This document shows, one piece after another, positions 18,289 through 27,534 of a stretch of DNA of 64,000 bases. Position numbers and translations under genes: made by a program. The stretch lies in contig CAZAYU010000002.1 of NCBI GenBank assembly GCA_964489445.1, forward strand, positions 269,020-333,019, read 5' to 3'. Below the pieces are notes generated by a model, which had not been told where the DNA came from, made no database searches, and was given only the letters and a program-made list of their open reading frames with translations. This stretch comes from an uncultured Planctomycetia bacterium. Lineage in GTDB: Bacteria > Omnitrophota > Gorgyraeia > Duberdicusellales > 4484-171. How positions within the stretch are numbered: the stretch's first letter is position 1; every line of letters begins with the position of its first letter.

Positions 18289-19732
18289 AAAAACAATCTT
18301 TGACAAATGTAGGAAGAATAAAGAATCTAGCTATGTAGATTGTGAACTTGGCTCGCTTGATGAGTTAAAAGCTGTGATTCCAAGTAATTTCCTAAGAGAT
18401 GATTTGCCCTTGCCGAACTTAGGAGAATTGGATGTTGTCAGACATTATACGCACTTAGGAAGTTTGAATTTTTCAGTTGATACTAATTTTTATCCACTTG
18501 GTTCATGCACAATGAAATATAATCCTAAGATTAATGAAGCAATTGCGCACCTAAAAGGATTTACTGATATTCATCCTTATCAAAGCGAAAAAGATATCCA
18601 AGGGGCGTTAGAGCTAATGTATTGTTTGGAAGAAGCGCTTTGTGAAATTACCGGAATGAAAAGATTTTCTTTTCAGCCCTCTAGTGGTGCACAAGGAGAA
18701 TTAGCTGGCATGTTGATGGTGCGTAAGTTTCATCAAGTTCACGGGAATAAAAAAACCAAAGTGATAGTTCCGGATACTGCTCACGGAACAAACCCTGCTA
18801 CCGCGGCAATGTCTGGGTATGCAATTCAGGTTATTGAAAGTAGCCCTGAAGGTTTAATTGATATCAAGCGGTTACGGAATCTTGTAGATGAGGAGACTGC
18901 GGCTATTATGCTTACTAACCCGAATACTCTAGGGTTATTTGAGGAGAGGATACTAGAGATCAGTGATATTGTTCATCAAAAAGGGGGATTGCTTTATTAT
19001 GATGGAGCTAATTTCAATCCCCTTTTAGGGATTACTAATCCGCTATTGATGGGGTTTGACATTGTTCATCTAAACCTGCATAAGACTTTTTCTACGCCGC
19101 ATGGCTGTGGCGGCCCGGGGGCTGGAGTTGTGGGGGTTAGTGATAGATTAATCGATTTCTTGCCTGCTCCATTGGTTGAAAAAAATAATGGAAAATTCTA
19201 TTTCAACTACAACCTAAAACACTCTATTGGAAGAATACGTAGTTTTTATGGTAATTTTAGTGTTTTAGTAAGAACTTACGCGTATATTTTAAGATTAGGA
19301 AGAAACGGGCTGATTAAAGCGGCGCAGAATGCAGTATTAAATGCAAATTATCTTAAAGAAAAACTAAAAGAAAATTTTGAGGTTGCCTACCTAAAAGAAT
19401 GCATGCATGAAGTAATTTTTACCTGCCAACAGCAAAAAGAAAAAGGAGTGGCTGTCTTTGACATTGCAAAAAGGCTAATAGATTACGAGATACATCCTCC
19501 AACAATATACTTTCCGTTAATAGTGAAGGAGGCCTTGATGGTTGAACCTACTGAAACAGAAAGTAAAGAAACAATAGATTATTTTATTGAAAGTATGACA
19601 AAAATTAACAATGAAATAAAAGAAAACCCACAGATAGTTAAAAATTCTCCGCATACTACACCTATCAAAAGAGTTGATGAAACGAAAGCTGCAAGATGTC
19701 TTGATTTGAGATGGAAAAAAACTGGCGATTGA
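18281..19732 (+). CDS. gcvPB: Glycine dehydrogenase (decarboxylating) subunit 2
   Basis: 483 aa with a PLP-lysine region (HLNLHKTFSTPHGCGGPGAG). Overlaps gcvPA by 8 nt. Confidence 0.9.
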   Translation: MGKKTIFDKCRKNKESSYVDCELGSLDELKAVIPSNFLRDDLPLPNLGELDVVRHYTHLGSLNFSVDTNFYPLGSCTMKYNPKINEAIAHLKGFTDIHPYQSEKDIQGALELMYCLEEALCEITGMKRFSFQPSSGAQGELAGMLMVRKFHQVHGNKKTKVIVPDTAHGTNPATAAMSGYAIQVIESSPEGLIDIKRLRNLVDEETAAIMLTNPNTLGLFEERILEISDIVHQKGGLLYYDGANFNPLLGITNPLLMGFDIVHLNLHKTFSTPHGCGGPGAGVVGVSDRLIDFLPAPLVEKNNGKFYFNYNLKHSIGRIRSFYGNFSVLVRTYAYILRLGRNGLIKAAQNAVLNANYLKEKLKENFEVAYLKECMHEVIFTCQQQKEKGVAVFDIAKRLIDYEIHPPTIYFPLIVKEALMVEPTETESKETIDYFIESMTKINNEIKENPQIVKNSPHTTPIKRVDETKAARCLDLRWKKTGD

Positions 19733-20628
19733 TTTTAGATCAAAAAGACAAAGGATATTGTAATATGGCCAAAGATGAAGCTATATTGCGGATGTACCCT
19801 TATCAAAAAATTCCTACTTTAAGAATATATGGGTGGAGTAATCCATGGGTATCTTTAGGGTGTAATCAGAAAATAGAGGATGTCTTAAAAATGCCAACAG
19901 ATGTTCCTTTTGTTCGAAGGATAACAGGAGGTGCGGCAATTTTGCATGATCAAGAAGTTACTTATAGTATTTCTTGTTCGCAGAGTGATCTGAATTTACC
20001 CAGTAGCGTTAAAGAGGCGTATAGAATTATTTGTTCCTTTTTAAAATTTTTTTATTGTCAGTTGGGGTTAAAGGCAGAATTCGCTGTTGATTTTCTTAAA
20101 AGAGGAAACAATCTGTATTCTTTAGGAGAAAATTCTATTTTTGGTGGTAACCATTCGATTTCAAAATCAGAGGTTTTGGGTGGTGGGGAGAAAACCGCTG
20201 ATTTTGGTTCGAGAGGTTTTACCTTAGACAGACAAGAAATTTTTTGTTTTTCTGCATGGCAAAAGTTTGATTTATTAGTTAATGGAAAGAAAATAGGTGG
20301 CAATGCACAACGTCGCACAAAAGATGCAATCTTTCAACATGGAAGTATACCTCAAAAAATAGATTTTTCTAAGGTTAAAAAAACAATAAAAAAATCCTTT
20401 GATTCGTTTAAAAGGGCAGGATTTTTAGATTATTTTTTGAAAAAAACAACAGATTTTTCTTCTTTGGCTTGCTATCTAAAAGATGCTTTTCAGATGACGT
20501 TCAAGATAAAGCTTATTGAGGGAAAGTTAACCGTTCAAGAAGAACATGTTTGCCAAAATTTAATTGATGAGAAGTATAGCAAAGAGGACTGGAATGTTGG
20601 CAGAAACAAAACCAAGATGGCTGAATAA
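19711..20628 (+). CDS. Lipoate-protein ligase / octanoyltransferase (BPL/LPL catalytic-domain family, LplA/LipM-like)
   Basis: 305 aa with RIYGWSNPWVSLGCNQ and GKKIGGNAQRR motifs of the lipoate/octanoyl ligase family. Sits between gcvPB and lipA. An alternative start is at 19765. Confidence 0.7.
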   Translation: MEKNWRLILDQKDKGYCNMAKDEAILRMYPYQKIPTLRIYGWSNPWVSLGCNQKIEDVLKMPTDVPFVRRITGGAAILHDQEVTYSISCSQSDLNLPSSVKEAYRIICSFLKFFYCQLGLKAEFAVDFLKRGNNLYSLGENSIFGGNHSISKSEVLGGGEKTADFGSRGFTLDRQEIFCFSAWQKFDLLVNGKKIGGNAQRRTKDAIFQHGSIPQKIDFSKVKKTIKKSFDSFKRAGFLDYFLKKTTDFSSLACYLKDAFQMTFKIKLIEGKLTVQEEHVCQNLIDEKYSKEDWNVGRNKTKMAE

Positions 20629-21448
20629 AAAAATTATTCATTCTGCATGCCGAGACACAAGAAAGCTTTTAAGGGGTTTAGGTCTACGTACAGTATGTGA
20701 AGAGTCCTTGTGCCCTAATATCTCTGAATGCTTTGGGAAAAAAGTAGCAACTTTTATGATCTTAGGGGTGGTTTGCACCCGTGGTTGTGCTTTTTGCGGT
20801 GTAACTAAAGATAAACGTCCAAAGGAAGTTGACTTGAATGAACCACTTAAGATTAAAGAAGCTGTTCAAAAGCTAAGGCTAAACTACATAGTTATTACTT
20901 CACCGACTCGTGACGATCTGTTTGATGGGGGTGCAAGTGCTTTTTGTCGTACGGTTAAGGAAATTAAGAGCATTAGCTTGCAGAAAAGAGTAGAATTGTT
21001 AATCCCTGATTTTAAAGAAAATCTTAGCTCAATAGAAAAGGTAGTGTTTTCGGGGGCAGAAGTGATAGCCCATAACGTAGAAACTGTTCCTTCTCTATAT
21101 ATAAAGGTAAGAAGGGGAGCAGATTATAGGCGATCTCTGAATGTGTTGAGCCGAATAAAAGGCAGCAATAGCAAATTGTTTGTTAAATCAGGCATAATGC
21201 TGGGATTGGGGGAAAAGGAAAAAGAAGTGAAAAATGTTTTAGAAGATCTAAAATCGGTTGGCTGTGATTTTGTTACCATAGGTCAATATTTACCACCATC
21301 CTTGGAACACACACCTTTGAAAGAGTATGTAGCTCCGGAAGTATTTAATCATTTCAAGGAATATGCTTTTAGTCTTGGTTTTATGGATGTTAAAAGTGCA
21401 CCTTATGTCCGCTCTTCTTATCTTGCCCATTCCTTCTTCTGTGAATAA
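20594..21448 (+). CDS. lipA: Lipoyl synthase
   Basis: CPNISECFG and CTRGCAFCGV radical-SAM/auxiliary cluster motifs are present. The start is chosen at MLAETKPRWL; the six-frame ORF begins at 20564. Overlaps the ligase gene. Confidence 0.85.
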   Translation: MLAETKPRWLNKKIIHSACRDTRKLLRGLGLRTVCEESLCPNISECFGKKVATFMILGVVCTRGCAFCGVTKDKRPKEVDLNEPLKIKEAVQKLRLNYIVITSPTRDDLFDGGASAFCRTVKEIKSISLQKRVELLIPDFKENLSSIEKVVFSGAEVIAHNVETVPSLYIKVRRGADYRRSLNVLSRIKGSNSKLFVKSGIMLGLGEKEKEVKNVLEDLKSVGCDFVTIGQYLPPSLEHTPLKEYVAPEVFNHFKEYAFSLGFMDVKSAPYVRSSYLAHSFFCE

Positions 21449-21459
21449 AGTTAGTTTAA

Positions 21460-21481
21460 AATATACTATATATAGTATATT
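21460..21481. promoter_or_regulatory. Perfect 22-bp palindrome AATATACTATATATAGTATATT. A second copy of its 14-nt core lies at 21491-21504. Putative operator upstream of the HTH/pilus operon promoter.
   Basis: Self-complementarity was checked base by base. A TTGACA (21535-21540) N17 TTTAAT promoter-like element follows. Confidence 0.5.
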
Positions 21482-21608
21482 ATGAAAGAGTATACTATAT
21501 ATAGCAATAAGGTAAAAAAAGATGCTATATTATTCTTGACATATAACAGGATAAGTAATTTAATGTAAACATAACGCAAATATAAGATAAGTAAACATAT
21601 AATACATA

Positions 21609-21794
21609 ATGAAACAAAAACGAATTCCACGTCTGATGAATGTTGATGAATTGGCCAGTTATCTGGGGCTTCAAAAACAAACAATCTATAACTGGTTGCA
21701 TAATAAAAAAATATCTGGAATAAAAATTGGTAAAGTTTGGCGTTTTGATCGTAAAGATATTGATTCCTGGCTAAAGAAATGTAGTCAAAGCTAA
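21609..21794 (+). CDS. Small helix-turn-helix DNA-binding protein (excisionase/MerR-like HTH_17 family)
   Basis: 61 aa. LMNVDELASYLGLQKQTIYNWLHNKKISGIKIGKVWRFDRKDIDSWL matches the excisionase-family DNA-binding domain. It ends 4 nt before pilM-N. Confidence 0.65.
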   Translation: MKQKRIPRLMNVDELASYLGLQKQTIYNWLHNKKISGIKIGKVWRFDRKDIDSWLKKCSQS

Positions 21795-21798
21795 TATT

Positions 21799-23328
21799 AT
21801 GTTTAATTTAAGTAGTTTAAATTTTTTAAAAAGCATGACCCGGAAAAAAGAAAAACGGGTAGGTATATATTTGGGAGATACGGTTGTGAGTGCGGCGGTT
21901 GTCGAAGGGCGTGATATCGTGGATGTTACGAGTTTTGGACTTTCCGATCCAGGAGATCTTGACGGTGGAGCCCTAGGTGAAGGATTAGAATGGGAAGCGC
22001 TAATTAATAAATCACTCAGGGAGGTAGGGGCTGATACTAATAAAGTTTATGTTGCGTTAGCGGACCGAGATTTTATTTTTAGACCTCTAGAAATGCCTCT
22101 AATGAATCGCAGTGAAATAGAATCTTCACTATTGTACGAAATTGAAAAGTATATTCCGTTTAAAATCGATAAACTAGTCTGGGATTATGGATATAATACT
22201 TCTTATAAAGATAAAAAGGTAAATCTTACTTTTGTAGGCATTAAAAGTAGTAATATTCAAAAAATAAAAGAAACATTAGCTCGCTTGCAAATTGACGAGA
22301 TAGTGGTTGAGCCTTCCTGCTTATCACTAGTAAGGATTTTAAAATCTTTGAAAAGATTTTTAAAAATTAGTGATTTTTCTTTATTAGATTTAAGTAAAGC
22401 AGAGGCAAATCTTACTTTCTTTAAAAAAGGTTTACCGGTGTTTAATCGCTACCTAAATATTCCTAAAACAAACGAGAACGTGGATGTTGAGAAGTTTATT
22501 GAAGCGGTAAACATATCTTTTCAGTATTTTCGTAGTGAATTTAAAACTCAGGATATAGGGCAACTAATTGTAATAAATGATAGTCAGAGCAATGAGCTAA
22601 CTGCTTCCTTGGAAAATAATTTAGGAACGGTTGTGGAATCAGTTTTTGTAGATGAACTTATTGGACGTCCGGAGGCGGGTATAGAAGGTGTAAAAGCTAT
22701 TGGGGTAGCTGGAAGGGATTCTTATCCTTATGATTTTAAGCCTATACTAAAAGGAACCAAAGATTTCATTGAAAAGTCAGAAAATCCTGTATTTTCTTCG
22801 TTAAAATTAGCACCGCTATCTTTTTTTGTTGGAGTATTAGCCGTCATCTTAGTAGTTATTTTCTTTTTTTTAAACGGAAAGATTTCTGTGGAAGAAAGTA
22901 AAATTAAGAAAGATGAGAAAAACATAGCAATTCCCACAAGTCTTAAAAAGCTATCTTGGGCGGGGATGGAGAAAGTTATCGAAAATAAAAAAAAGGAAAA
23001 CTTATTGCTAAGGAGTAACAGTGAAGAGCAGCTGAGAGTTGCATTGTTTTTTAACTTAATGAGCAGTAATTCAGTGCTATCTGATGGAATATGGTTTGAT
23101 GATTTTGAATTTGGAAAATTTAAAGGTATTGCTTTTGTTACTATTAAGGGGTCTATTTTTCTTAATGATGAATATACAGAAAGAATGGCAGTTGATAAGT
23201 TTGTCGGTAACCTCAGAAAAAATCAAGATATTTCGACAATGTTTCGTCGCGTAGAACTTGAGTCATCAGATCGAAGAAATACTGAAGGATTTTTTATTAC
23301 TCAGTTTGTCATTAGATTAAGTAATTGA
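21799..23328 (+). CDS. pilM: Type IV pilus assembly protein PilM fused to a PilN-like membrane segment
   Basis: 509 aa. The N-terminal actin-like ATPase fold (VGIYLGDTVVSAAVV...) is typical of PilM. A single TM helix (LAPLSFFVGVLAVILVVIFFFL) near residue 335 is followed by a periplasmic domain, as in PilN. Gene order is pilM-(N)-O-P-Q. Confidence 0.65.
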   Translation: MFNLSSLNFLKSMTRKKEKRVGIYLGDTVVSAAVVEGRDIVDVTSFGLSDPGDLDGGALGEGLEWEALINKSLREVGADTNKVYVALADRDFIFRPLEMPLMNRSEIESSLLYEIEKYIPFKIDKLVWDYGYNTSYKDKKVNLTFVGIKSSNIQKIKETLARLQIDEIVVEPSCLSLVRILKSLKRFLKISDFSLLDLSKAEANLTFFKKGLPVFNRYLNIPKTNENVDVEKFIEAVNISFQYFRSEFKTQDIGQLIVINDSQSNELTASLENNLGTVVESVFVDELIGRPEAGIEGVKAIGVAGRDSYPYDFKPILKGTKDFIEKSENPVFSSLKLAPLSFFVGVLAVILVVIFFFLNGKISVEESKIKKDEKNIAIPTSLKKLSWAGMEKVIENKKKENLLLRSNSEEQLRVALFFNLMSSNSVLSDGIWFDDFEFGKFKGIAFVTIKGSIFLNDEYTERMAVDKFVGNLRKNQDISTMFRRVELESSDRRNTEGFFITQFVIRLSN

Positions 23329-23335
23329 TTTTTTA

Positions 23336-23866
23336 TTGTTGTTAACTATGAAGAATATTTTACAATTTGACATCAAGAATGATTTGGATGTATCAAAATA
23401 CAGCAATTCGTTTGTTGTGGCAGCACTTATTATAGTATTTATTTTGATAGCTAGAGGGTTGCTTTCTAATTATTCTGTTCAGCAAAAAAGGATAACGCAA
23501 GAAATTAAAAGAATAGAAGAAAAGAAAGATTTAGTAAAAAAATGGGAGGCGGTTGCGAAGGAATATAAGGTATTGAGCGATGATTTTGTACAAAATGATC
23601 CATCACTTCTTAAAAAAATATTAGAACAAAGCGCTCGCAAGGCTAATATCCGTATTACTTCTTTTCGGTCTTCGCGAAAAGACGCAGATCCTTTCATTGT
23701 GGTAATGCTAAGACTAAAAGCGGATAGTTCTTATGAGAATTTAGTTAAATTTTTGCAGCTGGTTGAAGACAAAGGTATTGAAGTTGACAGCGCTAAACTA
23801 TCTCGGAAAGATAATAAGATGACGATAGAAGAGCTTGTGCTTAAAGGATATATTCTTAAAAAATGA
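23336..23866 (+). CDS. PilO-like pilus assembly protein (N-terminal TM, coiled coil)
   Basis: 176 aa with TM FVVAALIIVFILIA followed by a coiled-coil-rich region. Position between pilM/N and pilP. Confidence 0.5.
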   Translation: MLLTMKNILQFDIKNDLDVSKYSNSFVVAALIIVFILIARGLLSNYSVQQKRITQEIKRIEEKKDLVKKWEAVAKEYKVLSDDFVQNDPSLLKKILEQSARKANIRITSFRSSRKDADPFIVVMLRLKADSSYENLVKFLQLVEDKGIEVDSAKLSRKDNKMTIEELVLKGYILKK

Positions 23867-24246
23867 TAGTACGGGTAATGGTTATTATTACAGTAGCTTT
23901 AATTATGCCTTTAGGTGTTTATTCTGAAAATGGTGGCATGTATCGTGATCCTTTTTCTCCTGTACTTCCGCCGATAGAACAAATTGGGGATAATTCGGCA
24001 TTAATTGAGAAATTTACTACACCAGTTAAAGAGGAAATACCAGTGCAGTTACCCCCTTTAGTTGTTCAGGGTCTACTCTATGGGTCAAAAATACCACAAG
24101 CTATAATTGACGGAGAAGTTTATAAAGCAGGAGATGAGCTTCGCAACATTAATGGAAAAGTGTCAAGAGTTGAAAAAAACTCAGTATTTATTTTATATCA
24201 GGGAAAAACACACGAAGTTAAGGTCAAAAAACGGGAGGGAAAATGA
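23863..24246 (+). CDS. PilP-like pilus assembly lipoprotein
   Basis: 127 aa with a signal peptide and the 'RDPF' motif (YRDPFSP) characteristic of PilP. Lies immediately upstream of the secretin gene. Confidence 0.55.
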   Translation: MIVRVMVIITVALIMPLGVYSENGGMYRDPFSPVLPPIEQIGDNSALIEKFTTPVKEEIPVQLPPLVVQGLLYGSKIPQAIIDGEVYKAGDELRNINGKVSRVEKNSVFILYQGKTHEVKVKKREGK

Positions 24247-25697
24247 GAAGAATTATTATTATGCTTTTTTTAATGATGACGATTTCTGTAGGATTCGCTA
24301 TAGCGAAGGATAATATTTACGGTGGTTATCTTTTAATGGATTCCGAGAGTCCGGTTTCTTTGGATTTAGAAGGTGCTAATTTGATAGATGTGTTAAAAAT
24401 GTTTTCACAGCAAACAGGACTTAATTTTATATCCACAGAGGCAGTTAAAGATAGGCAACTGACTCTGTATATGAATGAGGTTCCTTTGGAGAAAGCAATG
24501 GACACTATCTTTAGTGCCAATAATTTAGCGTATGATTATTTTCCAGAATCAAATGTATTTATTGTTAAGGAAATGGGTAAACCAACGATTGAATTATTAA
24601 CAAAAGTTTATCCTTTAAAATATGCATGTGTTTCTGATTCACGCATTGCTAAGGGATTTAGCACTGATGTTAGTTCAAGCGACGACAGTGGAGGGGGAAT
24701 CGATGAGGCAGACGGTGTAGGAACGAATATTTCATCTATAGTGGAGAAAATTATTTCGGAAAACGGTTCAGTTTCTGAAGAACCTAGGATTAACGCACTC
24801 ATTGTAACTGATGTTCCTTCTCAATTTCCGGCAATTGACAAGGTGATAGCAGAATTAGATAAACCTGTTCTTAAGGTGATGATTGAGGTAGAAGTCTTAG
24901 ATATTTCGAAAGGAGATTTAAAGGAATTTGGCATGATGGTTAATTATAAGGGGCACAGCCAGAGCAAGAAACATTTTTCGTTTATGGATACCGAGACAAC
25001 TCCGCTAAATAACTTTTTTGGTACTATAGCACAAGGACTCAATGGAGGGTCAGTTGGTACGCTAGCTTTAAATGAATTTAATATGATGATGACTTTTTTA
25101 GAACAGAAATCGAGCACTCGGCTATTGGCTCAACCCAAATTGCTAGTGCTTTCGCATCAAGAAGCGATAATCCATGTAGGAAATGAAATATGGAGTAAAG
25201 ATACTGAACATTTTGAAGGGGGCGATTCTTCAACAGCCATTGGAGATAAGAAGACTCAAACCGGAGTTCAGCTTCAAATTATTCCACAAGTTAATTCAGA
25301 ATTATCCGAAGATATTACTTTGGTGGTGAGCATTGAGATTAGTGATGCGTTTGCAGAAATTACCGGAGATGATTTTTATACTAAGCCTACCCGAAGCGTG
25401 AATACTATTACTCGTGTAGGAGAAGGTGAAACGTTATTGCTTGGTGGTCTTATTCGAAAAGACACTGACGTTGGAAAAGAAAAGATTCCTTTTCTAGGGG
25501 ATATTCCTTTTCTAGGGGCTTTTTTTAGAAGCAAGTCTAATGACAAAGATGAGCGAGAATTGATAGTGTTTATTACTCCTCGCATTGTTGAGGGGCAGTC
25601 GTATACGGCTAAAAAATCACAAAGTTTTCATTTGGGAAAAATAGATCCTTCTCGCAGGCAATCTGTAAGATTTGCTTTGGATAGGTTCTGTCGTTAA
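24243..25697 (+). CDS. pilQ: Type IV pilus / type II secretion secretin (PilQ/GspD family)
   Basis: 484 aa with a signal peptide. The C-terminal secretin domain reads ...GETLLLGGLIRKDTDVGKEKIPFLGDIPFLGAFFRSKSNDKDERELIVFITPRIV. Confidence 0.85.
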   Translation: MRRIIIMLFLMMTISVGFAIAKDNIYGGYLLMDSESPVSLDLEGANLIDVLKMFSQQTGLNFISTEAVKDRQLTLYMNEVPLEKAMDTIFSANNLAYDYFPESNVFIVKEMGKPTIELLTKVYPLKYACVSDSRIAKGFSTDVSSSDDSGGGIDEADGVGTNISSIVEKIISENGSVSEEPRINALIVTDVPSQFPAIDKVIAELDKPVLKVMIEVEVLDISKGDLKEFGMMVNYKGHSQSKKHFSFMDTETTPLNNFFGTIAQGLNGGSVGTLALNEFNMMMTFLEQKSSTRLLAQPKLLVLSHQEAIIHVGNEIWSKDTEHFEGGDSSTAIGDKKTQTGVQLQIIPQVNSELSEDITLVVSIEISDAFAEITGDDFYTKPTRSVNTITRVGEGETLLLGGLIRKDTDVGKEKIPFLGDIPFLGAFFRSKSNDKDERELIVFITPRIVEGQSYTAKKSQSFHLGKIDPSRRQSVRFALDRFCR

Positions 25698-25767
25698 GCT
25701 GATGTTCGAATAATTATTTCCATGATTAAATATTAAATGAGAACTGCTATTTTTAATAAATAAAACA

Positions 25768-27477
25768 ATGGGACGTTATAAAAAATTAGGTGATATACTA
25801 GTTTCCGAAGGAATTATAACTGAGGAACAAATTAAAAATGGAATAGCTATACAGGAAAATGAAGGTGGGAAGCTTGGTGAGGTTTTAGTCAAAATAGGAT
25901 ATGTAAATCAAGAACAAATAGTTATTGCTTTAAGCAAGCAGTTAGGGATTCCTTACATTTCTTTAGCTTCTGGAAAATTAAAACCAGTTCCTGGTCAAAA
26001 TTTAGACGAAGTTATTTCTCAAAATTTTGCTCTTCGAAATATCGTTTTACCTCTTTCACGTCATCTTAATTCATTAACTATTGTGATGTTCGATCCGTTA
26101 GATTTAATTTTAATTGACAATATAAAGAAAATAACCGGGTGCGAAATAAGTCCGGTTGTTTCGACAAAAACTGACATCATAAAAGCGATAGAAACTTTTT
26201 ATGGTAAGGATAAGATATTTCGTGATGCAATTCTTGCAGTAGATGGCGATGGGGAAGGTGACATTAAGGAGATATCTTCCGAGGAAACAGATTTAAGTCT
26301 AGACAAATTGATCGCTCAAGCTGAAGAAGCACCGGTTATTAAATTGGTAGATTTATTGATTAGACAGGCGATTGATGAAGGAGCTTCGGATGTGCACATT
26401 GAGCCTCATTATGGTAAGCTGATCTTGAGATATAGAATTGATGGTGTATTATACAACATGCCTTCTCCTTCCGTTGCTCTGTATCTTCCGATTATTTCCC
26501 GGATAAAGATTCTTTCCAAAATGGATATTGCTGAAAAAAGGCTTCCTCAGGATGGTGGGTTAATGGTGAGGATTGGGAAACGTTTGATAGATTTAAGAGT
26601 TTCAACATTACCGACTATTTATGGTGAGAAGATAGTAATGAGAATCCTAGATAAGTCAAGAATAGTTCTAAATTTCTCCGGTTTGGGCTTTTTACCTCAG
26701 GAATTAGATCTAATCCGTAAGGGGGTAAATGCTTCTTATGGGTTAGTGTTGCTTACCGGACCGACTGGAAGTGGAAAATCAACTACTTTATATGCTGCGT
26801 TGAATGAAGTTAAAAGTTCAGCAAAAAATATTCTTACTGTTGAAGATCCTGTTGAATATCGTCTCGATGAGATAAATCAGGTGCAGGTTAAGCCGGAGAT
26901 TGGGTTAACTTTTTCCAATGCACTAAGGTGCTTCTTAAGGCAGGATCCCGATATTATATTAGTAGGAGAGGTAAGAGACTTAGAAACTGCGGAAATGACT
27001 ATTCGCGCTGCGTTAACCGGTCATTTGGTTTTCTCGACTTTTCATACCAACGATGCTCCGTCTACTATAACCAGATTAGTTGATATTGGAATTCCTAGTT
27101 ATTTAGTTACTGCTTCTTTGCGCTTGATTATAGCACAAAGATTAGTAAGAAAATTATGTGTTCATTGCCGTCAACCTCACGAAATTAAAAAAGAAGAACT
27201 TCCTCGAGGAATATCTTTAGCGTCGCCGGTAATATATAAGGCACAGGGATGTGAGAAGTGTAATTCTATCGGTTACAAAGGAAGAATGCTGATTGCCGAG
27301 GTTATTCTAGTGGACGAAGACATTAGGAATGCTATTCATAAGGGGGCGACAAATAGCGAAATTATGGAATTGGCACGCGGAAAAGGAACACTTAATCTTT
27401 TAGAAAGTGGGATTAAAAAGGTCGAAGAAGGGCTTACTTCACTTGAGGAGATTTTTTCTGTGGCTTTGGTCAGTTAG
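25768..27477 (+). CDS. pilB: Type IV pilus assembly ATPase PilB/GspE with tandem MshEN-like N-terminal motifs
   Basis: 569 aa. Walker A GPTGSGKST, Asp box, His box and the tetracysteine motif (CVHCRQ...CEKC) are present. The N-terminus has two 24-residue repeats, KLGDILVSEGIITEEQIKNGIAIQ and KLGEVLVKIGYVNQEQIVIALSKQ, resembling the MshEN c-di-GMP-binding motif. Confidence 0.85.
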   Translation: MGRYKKLGDILVSEGIITEEQIKNGIAIQENEGGKLGEVLVKIGYVNQEQIVIALSKQLGIPYISLASGKLKPVPGQNLDEVISQNFALRNIVLPLSRHLNSLTIVMFDPLDLILIDNIKKITGCEISPVVSTKTDIIKAIETFYGKDKIFRDAILAVDGDGEGDIKEISSEETDLSLDKLIAQAEEAPVIKLVDLLIRQAIDEGASDVHIEPHYGKLILRYRIDGVLYNMPSPSVALYLPIISRIKILSKMDIAEKRLPQDGGLMVRIGKRLIDLRVSTLPTIYGEKIVMRILDKSRIVLNFSGLGFLPQELDLIRKGVNASYGLVLLTGPTGSGKSTTLYAALNEVKSSAKNILTVEDPVEYRLDEINQVQVKPEIGLTFSNALRCFLRQDPDIILVGEVRDLETAEMTIRAALTGHLVFSTFHTNDAPSTITRLVDIGIPSYLVTASLRLIIAQRLVRKLCVHCRQPHEIKKEELPRGISLASPVIYKAQGCEKCNSIGYKGRMLIAEVILVDEDIRNAIHKGATNSEIMELARGKGTLNLLESGIKKVEEGLTSLEEIFSVALVS

Positions 27478-27534
27478 TTTTAATATATTCGTTTTCAAGA
27501 AAAGTGATTAAACAAGTTATATAAGGTAGGTTGT

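Noticed and set aside
21449-21608. The 22-bp palindrome as the lipA transcription terminator
   Set aside because: The stem is entirely A/T and is not followed by a U-run. It could still contribute to termination, but operator function for the downstream HTH gene fits its position relative to the TTGACA box better. I kept it as a regulatory-site finding.
24107-24313. 68-aa plus-strand ORF overlapping the pilP/pilQ junction
   Set aside because: An out-of-frame overlap within well-supported pilus genes. No start-context support.
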